From an uncultured Planctomycetota bacterium (GTDB lineage: Bacteria; Planctomycetota; PLA2; JAEUHO01), in contig CAVVXN010000005.1 in NCBI GenBank assembly GCA_963752285.1, forward strand, positions 320,001 to 384,000: 64,000 nt of DNA, read 5' to 3'. The position numbers were made by a program, and so were the translations under genes. The notes below the pieces were generated by a model. The model was not told the DNA's origin, did no database searches, and was given only the letters and a program-made list of their open reading frames with translations. Of this stretch, positions 1-10,101 are shown in pieces (position 1 is the first letter of the stretch; each line of letters starts with the position of its first letter).

Positions 1-1476
1 GTAGGCCCCGACACCAAGTCCCTCGAAGCGGAAGGCACCCGTGCTGTCGGTGTAGCTGCTGGCGTCTCCGGACCGCGCCCGTGGCCCTTCGGAGACGTAG
101 GGAGCATCGCAGACATCGGAGTTCCTCTGGACCAGCGCCACGACCGTATCGACGCACGGGGCGTCCCCCGCTCCTAGGACTGTCCCCTCGATCGTCCCCG
201 CGGTCTCCATGCGTAGCACGGGTAGGACCCACTCCGGCGGCGCGTCGGGGGGCAGCGGCGCTTCCACGGAAAGCTGGCCGAGAAGTGGAGCGCCCACCTC
301 TACCAGGCACCGGTCCCCGGGCGCCGCACCCTCCACGCGGAATGCACCGTCCCCCCCGGATTTCGCCCGCCCGGTGGGTACCCACGCTCGGTCGGATCGC
401 GACCAGACCGAGGCCCGCACCTCGGCCGCGGCGACCGGCGCTCCATCCGTCCCGACCACTGATCCCACCAGCGCGACCGAGTGGCGAAGGCACACTTGTA
501 CATTCTCCCCCTCGTCGGCGATCTGCACGCTTGCCGGAGCGTAGCCCACCGCTCGTACCAACAACCTTCTCTCGTCGTGGGTCTGCGGAGACCAGCCGGG
601 TAGCGTGAAGCGGCCGCTGGCGTCACTGCTGACACCCGCGCCGAACTGCCCTGTGGCGCGTATGGATGCTCCACTGACACCCCGCCCGTCAGCGCAATCG
701 AATACCGTGCCACGCAGTGTCAGCCCGCCAGGGAGCGTCAACTCGAGGCAGCGCTCTGGCTCGCTGCCGATCCAGGCGGTCGCCGCACTGGACCCGAATA
801 CGTCATGCTGAGCGAAGACCGTGCACTTGCTTCCTCTGGGTGCATCGAGATGGCACAGACCCTCGGGGCCCGTGACGCCATCTGCGGACCCGAGTGGTTG
901 GTCCCCCCGGTAGTAGGCTCGGACCGTTGCGTCTCCCGCTGGCCCGCCGTCCGGAGCAAGCACCCGCACGAGGAGGCTGGTTGTCGCACGGAGCACGACT
1001 CGAAGCACCTGTCCCGCGCAGACGCCACGACGACGAACGGCAACATACCCCGTGAATGTCGCGGAAAGCTCGTAGCGGAGTCCGGTGCGGGCAGGTAGAG
1101 CGAAACCGCCCGCCGTATCCGTCCGCTGCTCGGAGGAGGCCCCCATCTCGGGCCCGTCGAGCGAGGCCGATTCCTGCAGCTGGACGAGAACGCCGGTGAT
1201 GGGGGTTCCATCGGCATCGACTACTACTCCACGTACCTGCGCGCTGCCGATCGCCGCGTGTCGAGTCACCGCCTGCGGCGGATCCCCCGCGAGCGTCGCA
1301 TGCTGGTGATCCCCGTTGGGGCGCGGCTCGGCGCGGGAGCGGTGCTGGGTTCGGACAGAGCGCACGTCCATGCGTCCGTGTGCCAAGAGGATGCCGACCA
1401 TCGCCAAGGCAGCGGCTGCCACGGCCGTAAGCCCCAAGTTCCGGCCGGTGAACCGCGAAGCAACCAAGCGCGACAC
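1..1476 (-). CDS. Carboxypeptidase-regulatory-like (Ig-like) domain protein, runs off the left window edge
   Basis: Manual translation of both ends: N-terminal hydrophobic segment (LGLTAVAAAALAMVGILLA), VRGVVVDADGTPITGVLVQL, and TDSTGAFRFEGLGVGAY at the edge in the same frame. Absent from the ORF track, consistent with no stop inside the window. Confidence 0.7.
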   Translation of the reverse strand, partial: MSRLVASRFTGRNLGLTAVAAAALAMVGILLAHGRMDVRSVRTQHRSRAEPRPNGDHQHATLAGDPPQAVTRHAAIGSAQVRGVVVDADGTPITGVLVQLQESASLDGPEMGASSEQRTDTAGGFALPARTGLRYELSATFTGYVAVRRRGVCAGQVLRVVLRATTSLLVRVLAPDGGPAGDATVRAYYRGDQPLGSADGVTGPEGLCHLDAPRGSKCTVFAQHDVFGSSAATAWIGSEPERCLELTLPGGLTLRGTVFDCADGRGVSGASIRATGQFGAGVSSDASGRFTLPGWSPQTHDERRLLVRAVGYAPASVQIADEGENVQVCLRHSVALVGSVVGTDGAPVAAAEVRASVWSRSDRAWVPTGRAKSGGDGAFRVEGAAPGDRCLVEVGAPLLGQLSVEAPLPPDAPPEWVLPVLRMETAGTIEGTVLGAGDAPCVDTVVALVQRNSDVCDAPYVSEGPRARSGDASSYTDSTGAFRFEGLGVGAY

Positions 1477-1497
1477 CTCCAACGACAACCCGACCTT

Positions 1498-2817
1498 CTA
1501 CGTACGCGGTTGCCTCGGGTCCAAAACTGGCCGTCGAACCAACAGCCAGATCATGCCTCCCAGCACCGCTCCAAGGAGGAGCCAGCGCAGCCGCTCCAGC
1601 AAGGGCCGGGTCAACCTCCCCGAGGGCGTCCCAGCCGGGAGCGCGGGCGCCGAACCTCCGTGGGGCTCGACGTCGTCGCTGAGGACACTTCGAGATCCAT
1701 CGGGGCCAAATCGGTACCTTACTCTCATCGGTTCGTCCAGGACATCGACGACCTCACCTCCGAGGTCCGGCGGCAACTCCGGCCACGCGCCCTCCCCCTC
1801 CGGCGCTGAACGGATGGACTGCAAGAAGTAGGCGGTCACCGAACGCCTTCCGCTTCCCCTCCCCTTGGGCACGTCGTACAGGGTGGTCCATACCACGCGC
1901 GGGACAAACACTCCGTCCGGGCCATTCATCCACTCAAGAACCCTGTGACAGGACCGAACCGCCTTCGCGATTCGCAGAGCTTCGGCACTCTGCGTCTTCG
2001 CTACAAGTGTCACGAGTTCCTTGGGGTCTCCGCGCGCGAAGAGCGTCTCTTCGGGAACGTCGGGCGAGGCGGCTCCGAAGAGCACGATCGCTGCCCCATC
2101 CCGTGCTCCGTTCGTCCAGAGCACGCGGACGGATTGCCCCCACGGCGTCGCCGCCGCGACGCTCTCTCGCGTGCGGAGGAATTCTGGCCACGGCCTGCCG
2201 GGAAGCGTCAAGTAGGAGCCGCGCAAGAGCGGGACGTCCAGCGGCCGGTCTCGGCCGTTCGAGGTGCGGATGCCGGTCCAGGCCGGGTTGCCGGGCGCCG
2301 CGCCAGCCTCTCGCGTGAAGTACGTCCTGCGACGCCCGTCGTCATAGACGATCCGTTCGAATGCGGAGGGTAGGCGTCTCGTCGCGAATGCGAGCCACCA
2401 GGCCTCCTCCCGGACGACGGCATCGTCCACGTGCTCCTCGGCACTGCCGCGGGACGCACGATAGATGGCGCTCTCGAGCTCGGCGCGGTCACGGTCGAGA
2501 ACGAGCCTGTGCCGCCCCCCACCCCAGACCACGCCATCATCCGGGTGCCAGTCCACCTCCAGATACTCGTAGGTGCAGGACTGCAGGATACGGAGAGCGG
2601 CGGTTACAGAGCTCTTGGCCGGGGGCGAGTCGTCCTCTGCACGGGCGACCGCCGTCCCTCCCGCTACAAGAATCGCGATCACGGCGATAGCGAAGGGATC
2701 CCGCCATCGGATCGGCCGCGGACCGAGCCGCGCCATCGACTGGACGTGGGAAAGGATCGCAGCCTTGGGTGCGCGGCTCACGGCGCGTCGGAGCCCGTAT
2801 GCGTATCGATGTCTCAT
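1498..2817 (-). CDS. Hypothetical secreted/membrane-anchored protein
   Basis: 3' part of ORF 1498..3516; signal-like AIAVIAILVAGGTAVARA and C-terminal TM (WLLLGAVLGGMIWLLV). Start uncertain. Confidence 0.55.
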   Translation of the reverse strand: MRHRYAYGLRRAVSRAPKAAILSHVQSMARLGPRPIRWRDPFAIAVIAILVAGGTAVARAEDDSPPAKSSVTAALRILQSCTYEYLEVDWHPDDGVVWGGGRHRLVLDRDRAELESAIYRASRGSAEEHVDDAVVREEAWWLAFATRRLPSAFERIVYDDGRRRTYFTREAGAAPGNPAWTGIRTSNGRDRPLDVPLLRGSYLTLPGRPWPEFLRTRESVAAATPWGQSVRVLWTNGARDGAAIVLFGAASPDVPEETLFARGDPKELVTLVAKTQSAEALRIAKAVRSCHRVLEWMNGPDGVFVPRVVWTTLYDVPKGRGSGRRSVTAYFLQSIRSAPEGEGAWPELPPDLGGEVVDVLDEPMRVRYRFGPDGSRSVLSDDVEPHGGSAPALPAGTPSGRLTRPLLERLRWLLLGAVLGGMIWLLVRRPVLDPRQPRT

Positions 2818-2999
2818 GGTCGTTTCCCGTTCGCTCACAATTCGCCCCGGACCACGCGGATGCGAAGCGGCTGGGAGGGACCGTCCCGCGCCCGGACCGA
2901 ACCTTCGAGTACGTTCCCATCCGAGAGTTTGGTCGAAGCTGTGAATTCCAGGATGGCCCACCGCAGTCATCGGACTTCCCGCGCCCCGATTCAGCGCGC

Positions 3000-3320
3000 G
3001 CTGCGCTTCCGCGTCGATGAGCGGGAGCGCTCTCCATCCCTGCGGAGTTCCGCAGGGGCGGTCGGCGTGCATGACTTTGATCAGCTCGCGCGCCGCCACC
3101 GCTGCGAGCCAACCACGCTCGCGCCGCACCGCGGCGCCTTGGCGTTCTGCAAGGAAGGCAGCCACAAGCACCCGGTGCGCGACTCTTTCTCCCAGCATAG
3201 CACTTCCGGCCCAGGAGGCCATCGCGCCCACCAGAGCCGGCCGGCCACGGGACCACCACTGATCGAGCAGGGATGCGTCACCCGATCTCGCCGCACCAAG
3301 CGCGATGAAGAGCCCCTCGA
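3000..3320 (-). pseudogene. Degenerate N-terminal (sigma-2) remnant of an ECF sigma factor
   Basis: ARSGDASLLDQWW...ERVAHRVLVAAFL...RGWLAAVAARELIK resembles ECF region 1.2-2; no sigma-4 follows. Confidence 0.4.
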
Positions 3321-3595
3321 CGGGGCAGGGGAGGCGTGGACCCTTGAAACGGGTTCGCAGCCCGGGTCCGGTGTTGCCACTCGGCCTCCGTCGCCGGAGA
3401 CGATCCACATCGCGACAATACCACACAGGCCCGTGTCGTCGTGCCCCCGAGTCCCTTCGAATGAGGGTTGTGGGCTCCTCGCTGTCCTGAATGGGTGGCG
3501 TGGCGGCCGGAGCCAACCTGGCCCCCGTCGGGAGGCTGCCGGATCAGCCCTTCCTACCTTCAAAACCACTACTCTGGCTCCGCGGGCCAATCTTC

Positions 3596-3739
3596 TGGGG
3601 CCCGCGGTCTGAAATGTCACCACTTTCCCCGGTCTGCGGGTGCGCAGCGGTCCGGAACGGGCGTGCGTCCGCCGGCCGCAATCGGAGGGGGTGCGGGCAG
3701 GGTGTGGCTGCGTGGGCCGCGGTGCGCCCGGGAGGAGGA
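3596..3739. mobile_element. IS21-family terminal segment (copy 1)
   Basis: TG-N6-GCGGTCTGAAATGTCACCACTTTCC; similar over ~140 bp to 8431-8573, which lies downstream of an istB stop. Confidence 0.7.
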
Positions 3740-3769
3740 CGGCATCCGGGGTCGGGCGGTGGAGCGCGG

Positions 3770-3989
3770 GTTCCAGCCGGGCTTCGACCAGCGGCGCCTG
3801 GAGACGCTGGCGACGCGCGGCTACATCCGCGAGCACGAGAGCGTCCTGATCCAGGGCCCGCCGGGGATCGGCAAGACGCACCTGGCGGTGGCCCTGGGCG
3901 TGAAGGCCGTCGAGTGCGGGTTCTCGGTGGCCTTCCACCGGCTCGACGACCTGCTCCACGTGCTCCGGCGCGACGCGGACGTCCCTTGA
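3770..3989 (+). pseudogene. istB: istB (IS21 helper ATPase) internal fragment
   Basis: FQPGFDQRRLETLATRGYIREHESVLIQGPPGIGKTHLAVALG with Walker A; truncated at both ends. Confidence 0.85.
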
Positions 3990-3994
3990 CAGTC

Positions 3995-4105
3995 GGAGCC
4001 TCGGGTCGCGGAGGTCGATGCCCTCGAGCACGCGCAGGAGCTCGCGCGGCGAGGTCTCGACCTTGGCGCCGGACACGCTCGCCGGCCACGCGAAGGTCCC
4101 CGCGG
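3995..4105 (-). pseudogene. IS66 TnpB accessory protein C-terminal fragment
   Basis: GTFAWPASVSGAKVETSPRELLRVLEGIDLRDPRLR, paralogous to the C-terminus of 6405..6758. Confidence 0.8.
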
Positions 4106-4143
4106 TCGAGGACCCCCTTTGGGTCCCCCATCTGGTCGAGGAG

Positions 4144-4442
4144 CATCGGCGCGAGCGAGGGCTCGAGTCGGCGTTCGAGGGGCCGCCCGCGAGGGCGCCG
4201 CCGGCGGCGTAGGGCGAACGAAGAGACTTCGGGAGGAGGAGAGGGGCCGTCGTGTGGAGGCGGGCGGGAGCGGTACGTCCCCGTTGGCCGCCCCGGGCCT
4301 TGCGAGAGGGACCCAGAGTGCCGAGAATCCGGGCATGGGCCCGTACGGCGCAGATCCCGAGCGCGAGGAGGTGCGAAGCGGTCGACACAACCCTTGCGCG
4401 ACCACGCGACGCCGCCCACGACGAGGATTCAATGTCCTACGC
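4144..4442 (+). mobile_element. IS91-family 3' (oriIS-like) end, copy 1
   Basis: Near-identical to 9330-9628 and 15617-15915; ends GGATTCAATGTCCTAC, resembling IS91/ISCR oriIS termini. Confidence 0.75.
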
Positions 4443-4883
4443 CTAGCCGAAGCCGAATTCCACAGCGCAGCGCAGAACATGTGGGATCTCATGGGCGGCC
4501 AAGGCGCTGTGCCGCGGGGCGGACCGATCTCGGACGCAGACCTAGTCCGGCTGGCCCGCCTGGATGCAATGGCGTTCGGGAATTGGATTGCGAACGCTGC
4601 GTCTCTCCGGGAGAACGACCGGTACAAGGTCGTGCCCCAGCCAGATCCCTACGATCGGAGGGCGGTAGGTGGGTACGACCCGGAAACGGGCGATATTGGC
4701 TTCAAGACCTCCTACATGGACAATAACGCCGAGAGATTCAAGAACGGTGACTGGCTCGGGGAGGCTCGGACAGTGGCAACTCTTTTGCATGAAGTCCGAC
4801 ACGCTGAGCAGGGGCCGACCGAGTCACGTGACCATCCGCCCGATCCAGGTAGAGGAGACGTCCCTGCGGGAACGTCGGAATGA
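4443..4883 (+). pseudogene. Orphan C-terminal HExxH metallopeptidase-like domain (possible polymorphic-toxin tip)
   Basis: ATLLHEVRHAEQ motif; 5' end cut by the IS91-like end. Confidence 0.5.
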
Positions 4884-4959
4884 CAACGTGTCGATCGGCA
4901 CGACGCCAAGGACATCGTGGACTTTGCGAAACGGGCATGGGGAAGGTGAGAGGCAGGTT

Positions 4960-5616
4960 ATGTGCCTTCACACGCGCAACGAACAGCGGCACTCAAGTCC
5001 GACACGAGCGGCTGGCGGCGGCGGGCGGCTGCATCGGCGTTGGAGCCGGTGCGTAGCAATTCTCGCGATCCTGCTCCTGTTCGCCCCAGCTGTATTGGCA
5101 CTTTCCAGTTGTGGCAGATGCCATGAGACATGTGAGGCGGATGGGCGCGGACGTGTGGAAATCGGCTCTGGAGTGATGCTCGTCCGTCTGCGCATACACC
5201 TGATCGACACGGCGGGGCAGCCGCTGGCGGGAGCGCGCGTCGTGGCATCCCCGTCGGCCCATGCAACTCAGGAGATTGTCGAGGGAATCCGGAAGTCCAT
5301 TGAGTTGTCCCGAGCCGAGGGGAGCATTGCCGGAGAAAGTTGTGCCATCGGAACGACGGATGCGGGTGGAACGGTCCGTCTGGAGTACACGCTCCCGGGG
5401 GCCCCGGATGGGGGGACGGAATGGGTCACTGAGGGCAGATTCCCCTTTGCGGACTATGTTCGGGTGGACTCGGTGCAGTGCGGGACGTTCTTTCGGGAGT
5501 TGAATTGCCCAAGAAACGTGCACTTTGACCTGAACCCGGGGCCGATCGGGCGTGGCGACCTTGGGGAGATCGAGCGGGTTGCCGAGGCCGACTTCGAGAT
5601 CCGGTGTGACAAGTAG
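4960..5616 (+). CDS. Putative lipoprotein/secreted protein, possible immunity partner
   Basis: Hydrophobic leader ending ALSSC; DTAGQPLAGARV and TTDAGGTVRL Ig-like motifs. Confidence 0.55.
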   Translation: MCLHTRNEQRHSSPTRAAGGGGRLHRRWSRCVAILAILLLFAPAVLALSSCGRCHETCEADGRGRVEIGSGVMLVRLRIHLIDTAGQPLAGARVVASPSAHATQEIVEGIRKSIELSRAEGSIAGESCAIGTTDAGGTVRLEYTLPGAPDGGTEWVTEGRFPFADYVRVDSVQCGTFFRELNCPRNVHFDLNPGPIGRGDLGEIERVAEADFEIRCDK

Positions 5617-5791
5617 AGGGGCTCCGCTGCGTGGCGGCCCCGTCCTGATGCTCTCCTTGAGTCTCGGGGCATCGGGGCTGCTAGCCCTCGGTCGCGGCGG
5701 ACGGGCTGCGTCGACGCCTGGTGCGGCCACACGGCCGCCGTCAGAATGGCCCGAAGCTGCGGCGGGGCCCGTGCGCCCAGGCCGCCTCAGC

Positions 5792-5916
5792 GTATGCGTC
5801 CTGTGAACGCAGGTCTCCTGGCCGGGCGGCTCAGCCGCCGGCCAGCGCCGCCGTCCGCTCGCGGGCCTCGCGCCATCCCCGGGGCGTGAGCTCGTGCATG
5901 CGGTCCGCGGGGTGGC
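5792..5916 (-). mobile_element. Right-end remnant of a second three-gene-type IS66
   Basis: Terminus GTATGCGTCCTGTGAAC; encodes HPADRMHELTPRGWRE, matching the TnpC C-terminus at 8295-8340. Confidence 0.8.
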
Positions 5917-6057
5917 CGCGGAGCCCCCTCCGGCCACACCGGCATGACTGGCGACAGGAGCGGAGCATGCAGACCCACGACGAGACAGGGTATGCGTCCC
6001 GTCAACCCATGTTTCCCGATGGCTGCGTGCGTGCGAACCTCCCGGCGCTGAAGGGAG

Positions 6058-6411
6058 GTGCCGATGCGGGCGAGAGGCGGCGGCCAGGCCATCCGACGGT
6101 TGAGGGGAGCGGCTCGGGAGCGGGCCGTGCGGGAGGTGCTCTCGCGCTGGGCCGAGGCCGGTAGCACCAAAGTGGAGTTCTGCCGGCGTGAGGGGATCAC
6201 GAGGGTGACCCTGTCGCGCTGGCTGGCCGAGTTCCCGTCGGGCCGAACCGAGGTGGGTGACGCGCGCCCGCGGTTCGTCGAAGCGATGCTCGGCGCGGTC
6301 GTGCGGGAGTCGTACGAGGTCGTGCTGGCCACGGGGGCGCGCGTTCTCGTGCCGCAGGGGTTCGACGAGCAGGACCTCGCGCGGCTGCTCCGGGTGGTGT
6401 CGGCGTGCTGA
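6058..6411 (+). CDS. tnpA: IS66 accessory protein TnpA (HTH)
   Basis: WAEAGSTKVEFCRREGITRVTLSRW; first ORF inside the IS66. Confidence 0.85.
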   Translation: MPMRARGGGQAIRRLRGAARERAVREVLSRWAEAGSTKVEFCRREGITRVTLSRWLAEFPSGRTEVGDARPRFVEAMLGAVVRESYEVVLATGARVLVPQGFDEQDLARLLRVVSAC

Positions 6412-6758
6412 GCTTCCCTCCGGCGGTGCGGATCTACCTGGCGGCCGGGGCGACCGACATGCGAAAGAGCTTCGACGGCCTGGCCGCGCTGACGGAACAA
6501 GCGCTGGAACTCGACCCCTTGTCGGGTCACCTCTTCGTGTTCTGCAACCGTCGCCGCGACCGGATCAAGATCTTGTACTGGGATCGAGCCGGCTTTTGGT
6601 GCCTGGCGAAGCGCCTCGAGGAGGGGACGTTCGCCTGGCCCGAGGACCCCGGCAGCTCGCGCATCGAGTCTTCGCCTCGGGAGCTCCTGTGCGTGCTCGA
6701 GGGCATCGACCTGCGGGACGCCCGCCTTCGGAAGCGGATGAACCGATTGCCGTCGTGA
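6405..6758 (+). CDS. tnpB: IS66 accessory protein TnpB
   Basis: TDMRKSFDGL...FVFCNRRRDRIKILYWD...KRLEEGTFAWP. Confidence 0.95.
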   Translation: MLSFPPAVRIYLAAGATDMRKSFDGLAALTEQALELDPLSGHLFVFCNRRRDRIKILYWDRAGFWCLAKRLEEGTFAWPEDPGSSRIESSPRELLCVLEGIDLRDARLRKRMNRLPS

Positions 6759-6816
6759 GGCGTCAATCGAAGAAGAATTGCTTCGCATGCTCTCTCGCAT
6801 CGAGGACAATGCGCCC

Positions 6817-8373
6817 GTGACGCACGCGATCGATCTTCCCCCCGACCTCGAGAGCTCGCACGCGTTGATCCGTCAGCTCCATGCGCGCCTGCACGAGATG
6901 GAGGGGGAGATCGTGGACCTCCAGCACCGCCTGGACGTGATGGCCCGGCGGATGTTCGGCCGCCGGAGCGAACAGCTGGACCCGGCGCAGCTGGAGCTCG
7001 CGTTCGCCGCCCTCCAGGCCGAGGAGTCCACGACCGCCACCGAGGAGGTCGAGACGGACGCGGCCGACGAGGTCGAGCGCGAGCGGCCGCGGCGCAAGGG
7101 CCACGGCCGCCGGCCCCTGTCGAGGGATCTGCCGCGGGAGGTGCGGCGCGTCGAGCCCGAGAGCACGACGTGCCCCGGCTGCGGGAAGGCGATGGTCGAG
7201 ATCGGGGAGGAGCGAAGCGAGCAGCTCGACTACGTCCCGGCGGTGGTCCGCGTGATCGAGACCGTGCGGCCGACCTACGCCTGCCCGACCTGCAAGGACC
7301 ACGTGAGCGGGGCGCCACCGGCGACCTCGCCGATCGCCCGCGGGAAGGCCACGGCGGCCCTCTTGGCGCACGTGGCGGTGTCCAAGTACGCCGACCACCA
7401 GCCGCTCAACCGCCAGGTCGGGATCCTGGCGCGGGTGGGCGCGGATCTGACCAAGCAGACGCTCTGCGGCTGGATCCGGCAGACGAGCGAGATCCTGGCC
7501 CCGGTCGAGACGGCGCACTGGGAGTCGATCCTCTCCTCGCACGTGCTCCAGGCCGACGAGACGCCGGTGAAGATGCTCGACCCGCCGAAGAAGGAGTGCA
7601 GCCGGGCGTACTTCTGGGCGTATGTCGGCGACCGCGACGAGGTGGCGTTCGACTTCTCGACCGGACGCGGGAGCGAGGCGCCGCTTCGGGCGCTCGCGGG
7701 CTTCCGCGGGGCGTACCTGCAGTCCGACGGCTACTCGGGCTACGGCCCGGTGGAGCGTGCGAACCGTGCCATGAAACGCACGGGGTGCATGGCCCACATG
7801 CGGCGTGGCTTCTACGACGCCCGGGGCCTGGACCCCGCGCGTTGCCTCCTGGTGCTCGCGCTCGTGCGCCAGCTCTACGACGTAGAGGAGGACGCCTGGA
7901 GCGCGACGGAGAGCCGGGAGGAGCTCGTGGCGCTCCGCTACGTGCTCCGCCAGGATCGAAGCGTCGCGATCATGAAGACTCTGCACGCGCACCTGGAGCG
8001 ATGGAAGACCGAGGTCCTTCCCAAGAGCCCGGTCGGGAAGGCGACCGGCTATGCGCTCAACCAATGGACCGAGCTCACGCGCTTTCTCGACGATGGAGCG
8101 CTCGAGCTGGACAACAATTCCGCGGAGCGCGCGCTGCGGACCGTGGCGGTGGGCCGCTCGAACTCGACGTTTTGCGGGAGCGAGAGCGGCGGTGCCTGGG
8201 CGGCTACGTTCTACGGGTTGCTCGGCACCTGCCGACTGCAGAAGATCGACCCGGCGGCGTGGCTGACGGACGTTCTCAACCGTGTCGCCCAGCACCCCGC
8301 GGACCGGATGCACGAGCTCACGCCGCGGGGATGGCGGGAGATCCGGGACCGGGCTGCGCCCGACACGGGCTGA
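6817..8373 (+). CDS. tnpC: IS66 DDE transposase TnpC
   Basis: Leucine-zipper N-terminus, FGRRSEQL, CPGC/CPTC zinc finger, QADETP, SDGY, CMAHMRR, DNNSAERALR. Confidence 0.95.
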   Translation: MTHAIDLPPDLESSHALIRQLHARLHEMEGEIVDLQHRLDVMARRMFGRRSEQLDPAQLELAFAALQAEESTTATEEVETDAADEVERERPRRKGHGRRPLSRDLPREVRRVEPESTTCPGCGKAMVEIGEERSEQLDYVPAVVRVIETVRPTYACPTCKDHVSGAPPATSPIARGKATAALLAHVAVSKYADHQPLNRQVGILARVGADLTKQTLCGWIRQTSEILAPVETAHWESILSSHVLQADETPVKMLDPPKKECSRAYFWAYVGDRDEVAFDFSTGRGSEAPLRALAGFRGAYLQSDGYSGYGPVERANRAMKRTGCMAHMRRGFYDARGLDPARCLLVLALVRQLYDVEEDAWSATESREELVALRYVLRQDRSVAIMKTLHAHLERWKTEVLPKSPVGKATGYALNQWTELTRFLDDGALELDNNSAERALRTVAVGRSNSTFCGSESGGAWAATFYGLLGTCRLQKIDPAAWLTDVLNRVAQHPADRMHELTPRGWREIRDRAAPDTG

Positions 8374-8430
8374 CGTCCGGCGCAGGCCAACATGCCGCTA
8401 CCTGGGTTGACCGGACGGATACGAGACAGG

Positions 8431-8985
8431 TGCGACCAGCGGTCTGAAATGTCACCACTTTCCTCGGTCTGGAGGTGCGCAGCGGTCCGCAGTGGGCGTG
8501 GGTCGACCGGCCGCGACCGGAAGAGGTGCGGGCAGGGAGTGGCTGCGTGGGCCGCGGTGCGCCCGGGAGGAGGTTCGCTACGCCGGCGGGGCGGCGGTCT
8601 CGGGAGGCAGTCGGTAGGAACTTCCCTCGATCGTGACGATCTCGCTGTGATGGGCGATGCGGTTGATCACTGCATCCGCGACCGTGGCGTCGTGAAACAC
8701 CGACGCCCATTCCTTGAAGGGGCGGTTCGTCGTCAGGATCACCGAGCCTCGCTCGTAGCGGCCGGAGATGACCTGGAAGAGGAGATCCGCTCCGTGACGG
8801 TCGATGGGCAGGTAGCCGAGCTCATCGAGGCAGAGAACGTCGGGGGGCAGGTAGGAACGTAGTCGTTTGAGGAACGTGCCGTCGCTCTGGGCGGCGTGCA
8901 GGTGGTTCACCACGTTGATCGCCGTGGTGAAGAGCACGCGGTGTCCCCTCTGGCAGGCGGCGTAGCAGAGCGCAGAGGCGAGGTG
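8431..8985 (-). mobile_element. istB: IS21 remnant: istB 3' half (8578-8985) plus right end
   Basis: LCLDELGYLP (Walker B), SVILTTN, DAVINRIAHHSEIVTIEGSSYR; terminus TGCGACCAGCGGTCTGAAATGTCACC. Confidence 0.85.
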
Positions 8986-9628
8986 GGTCGAGACCCCCCC
9001 GACCCGTGGACGGGTCGGACGTGGCTCGAGCTGGACGAGGTCGAGCCCGTCGACGCAGTGTGCCAGCAGGTGCCGTCCCGGGGGCGGCACCTCGTCCACT
9101 ACTACGGGGTGTACGCGAACCGGCTTCGCCGGGCGTTCCGGGCGGCGCGAGGGCCCCGGAGGCGTCGTCCGGGCCGACGTCGAGAGCCGCGTCCCTCAAG
9201 CGACAGGCGTGGGCGCGGCTCCTGAGGAAGGTGTTCGAGGTGGACCCGCTGCTCTGTCCGCGTTGCCAGGAGACGATGGAGATCGTGGCGTTGATCCTCG
9301 ACCCGAAGACGGTGGACCGAATCCTCAGCCATCGGCGCGAGCGAGGGCTCGAGTCGGCGTTCGAGGGGCCGCCCGCGAGGGCGCCGCCGGCGGCGTAGGG
9401 CGAACGAAGAGACTTCGGGAGGAGGAGGGCGGCCGTCGTGTGGAGGCGGGCGGGAGCGGTACGTCCCCGTTGGCCGCCCCGGGCCTTGCAAGAGGGACCC
9501 AGAGTGCCGAGAATCCGGGCATGGGCCCGTACGGCGCAGATCCCGAGCGCGAGGAGGTGCGAAGCGGTCGACACAACCCTTGCGCGACCACGCGATGCCG
9601 CCCACGACGAGGATTCAATGTCCTATGC
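8985..9628 (+). mobile_element. IS91-family transposase 3' remnant plus oriIS-like end, copy 2
   Basis: HLVHYYGVYANR and WARLLRKVFEVDPLLCPRCQETMEIVALI, typical of the Y2 transposase C-terminus; frameshifted. Confidence 0.85.
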
Positions 9629-10067
9629 GTGTGCTGCCCTGGTACACGCTTCCCCACGCGCAGGAGCTCCTCGACGCGCTGCGGTCCGCGAACGAGCGGC
9701 TCGGCGTGGCGGCGAACGTCCCGAGCACGAGCATCAGCGGCACGCACGCGGGGTTCAACGGAACCGGCGTGCTCGTCCTGGGCCTGATCGGCGGCGCCGC
9801 GGGACTCGTCCTCTTCCTCGGCAAGGAGAAGCAGACCCCGCTCGACGGGCGCCAGTGGTTCTTCGTCGCGCTCGCCTCGTTCGGGGTCGGCGCCCTCCTG
9901 GTGTTCCTCGATCTCGTCAGCGACCCGGGGATCAACGCCTTCGGGGGCTGGATCGCCTTCCTCGCGACGCTCGCCGGAGCGGGCCTTGCCGTGTGGGGCG
10001 TGCGAGGCGCGCCGAAGGCGACGGCGACGGCGCCCCCGGAAGGGCCCGGCGACGCAGGGGGGACTGA
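9629..10067 (+). pseudogene. 3' fragment of a multi-TM membrane protein
   Basis: Three hydrophobic helices; 5' end removed by the IS91-like end. Confidence 0.55.
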
Positions 10068-10101
10068 GCGTCGCGGCCGGCCCGGCACCGCGCGAGGCGA
10101 C

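Larger units (their letters stand above)
5990..8422 (+). mobile_element. Complete IS66-family element (tnpA-tnpB-tnpC)
   Basis: IRs GTATGCGTCCCGTCAACCC / GTATCCGTCCGGTCAACCC; 8-bp target duplication GAGACAGG at 5982-5989 and 8423-8430. Confidence 0.95.

Noticed and set aside
1498..3516. Single 672-aa protein
   Set aside because: It looks like an ECF remnant and low-complexity sequence running in frame into a separate secreted-protein gene.
6405..6758. TnpB as an RNA-guided nuclease
   Set aside because: This is the 117-aa IS66 accessory TnpB, unrelated to IS200/IS605 TnpB.
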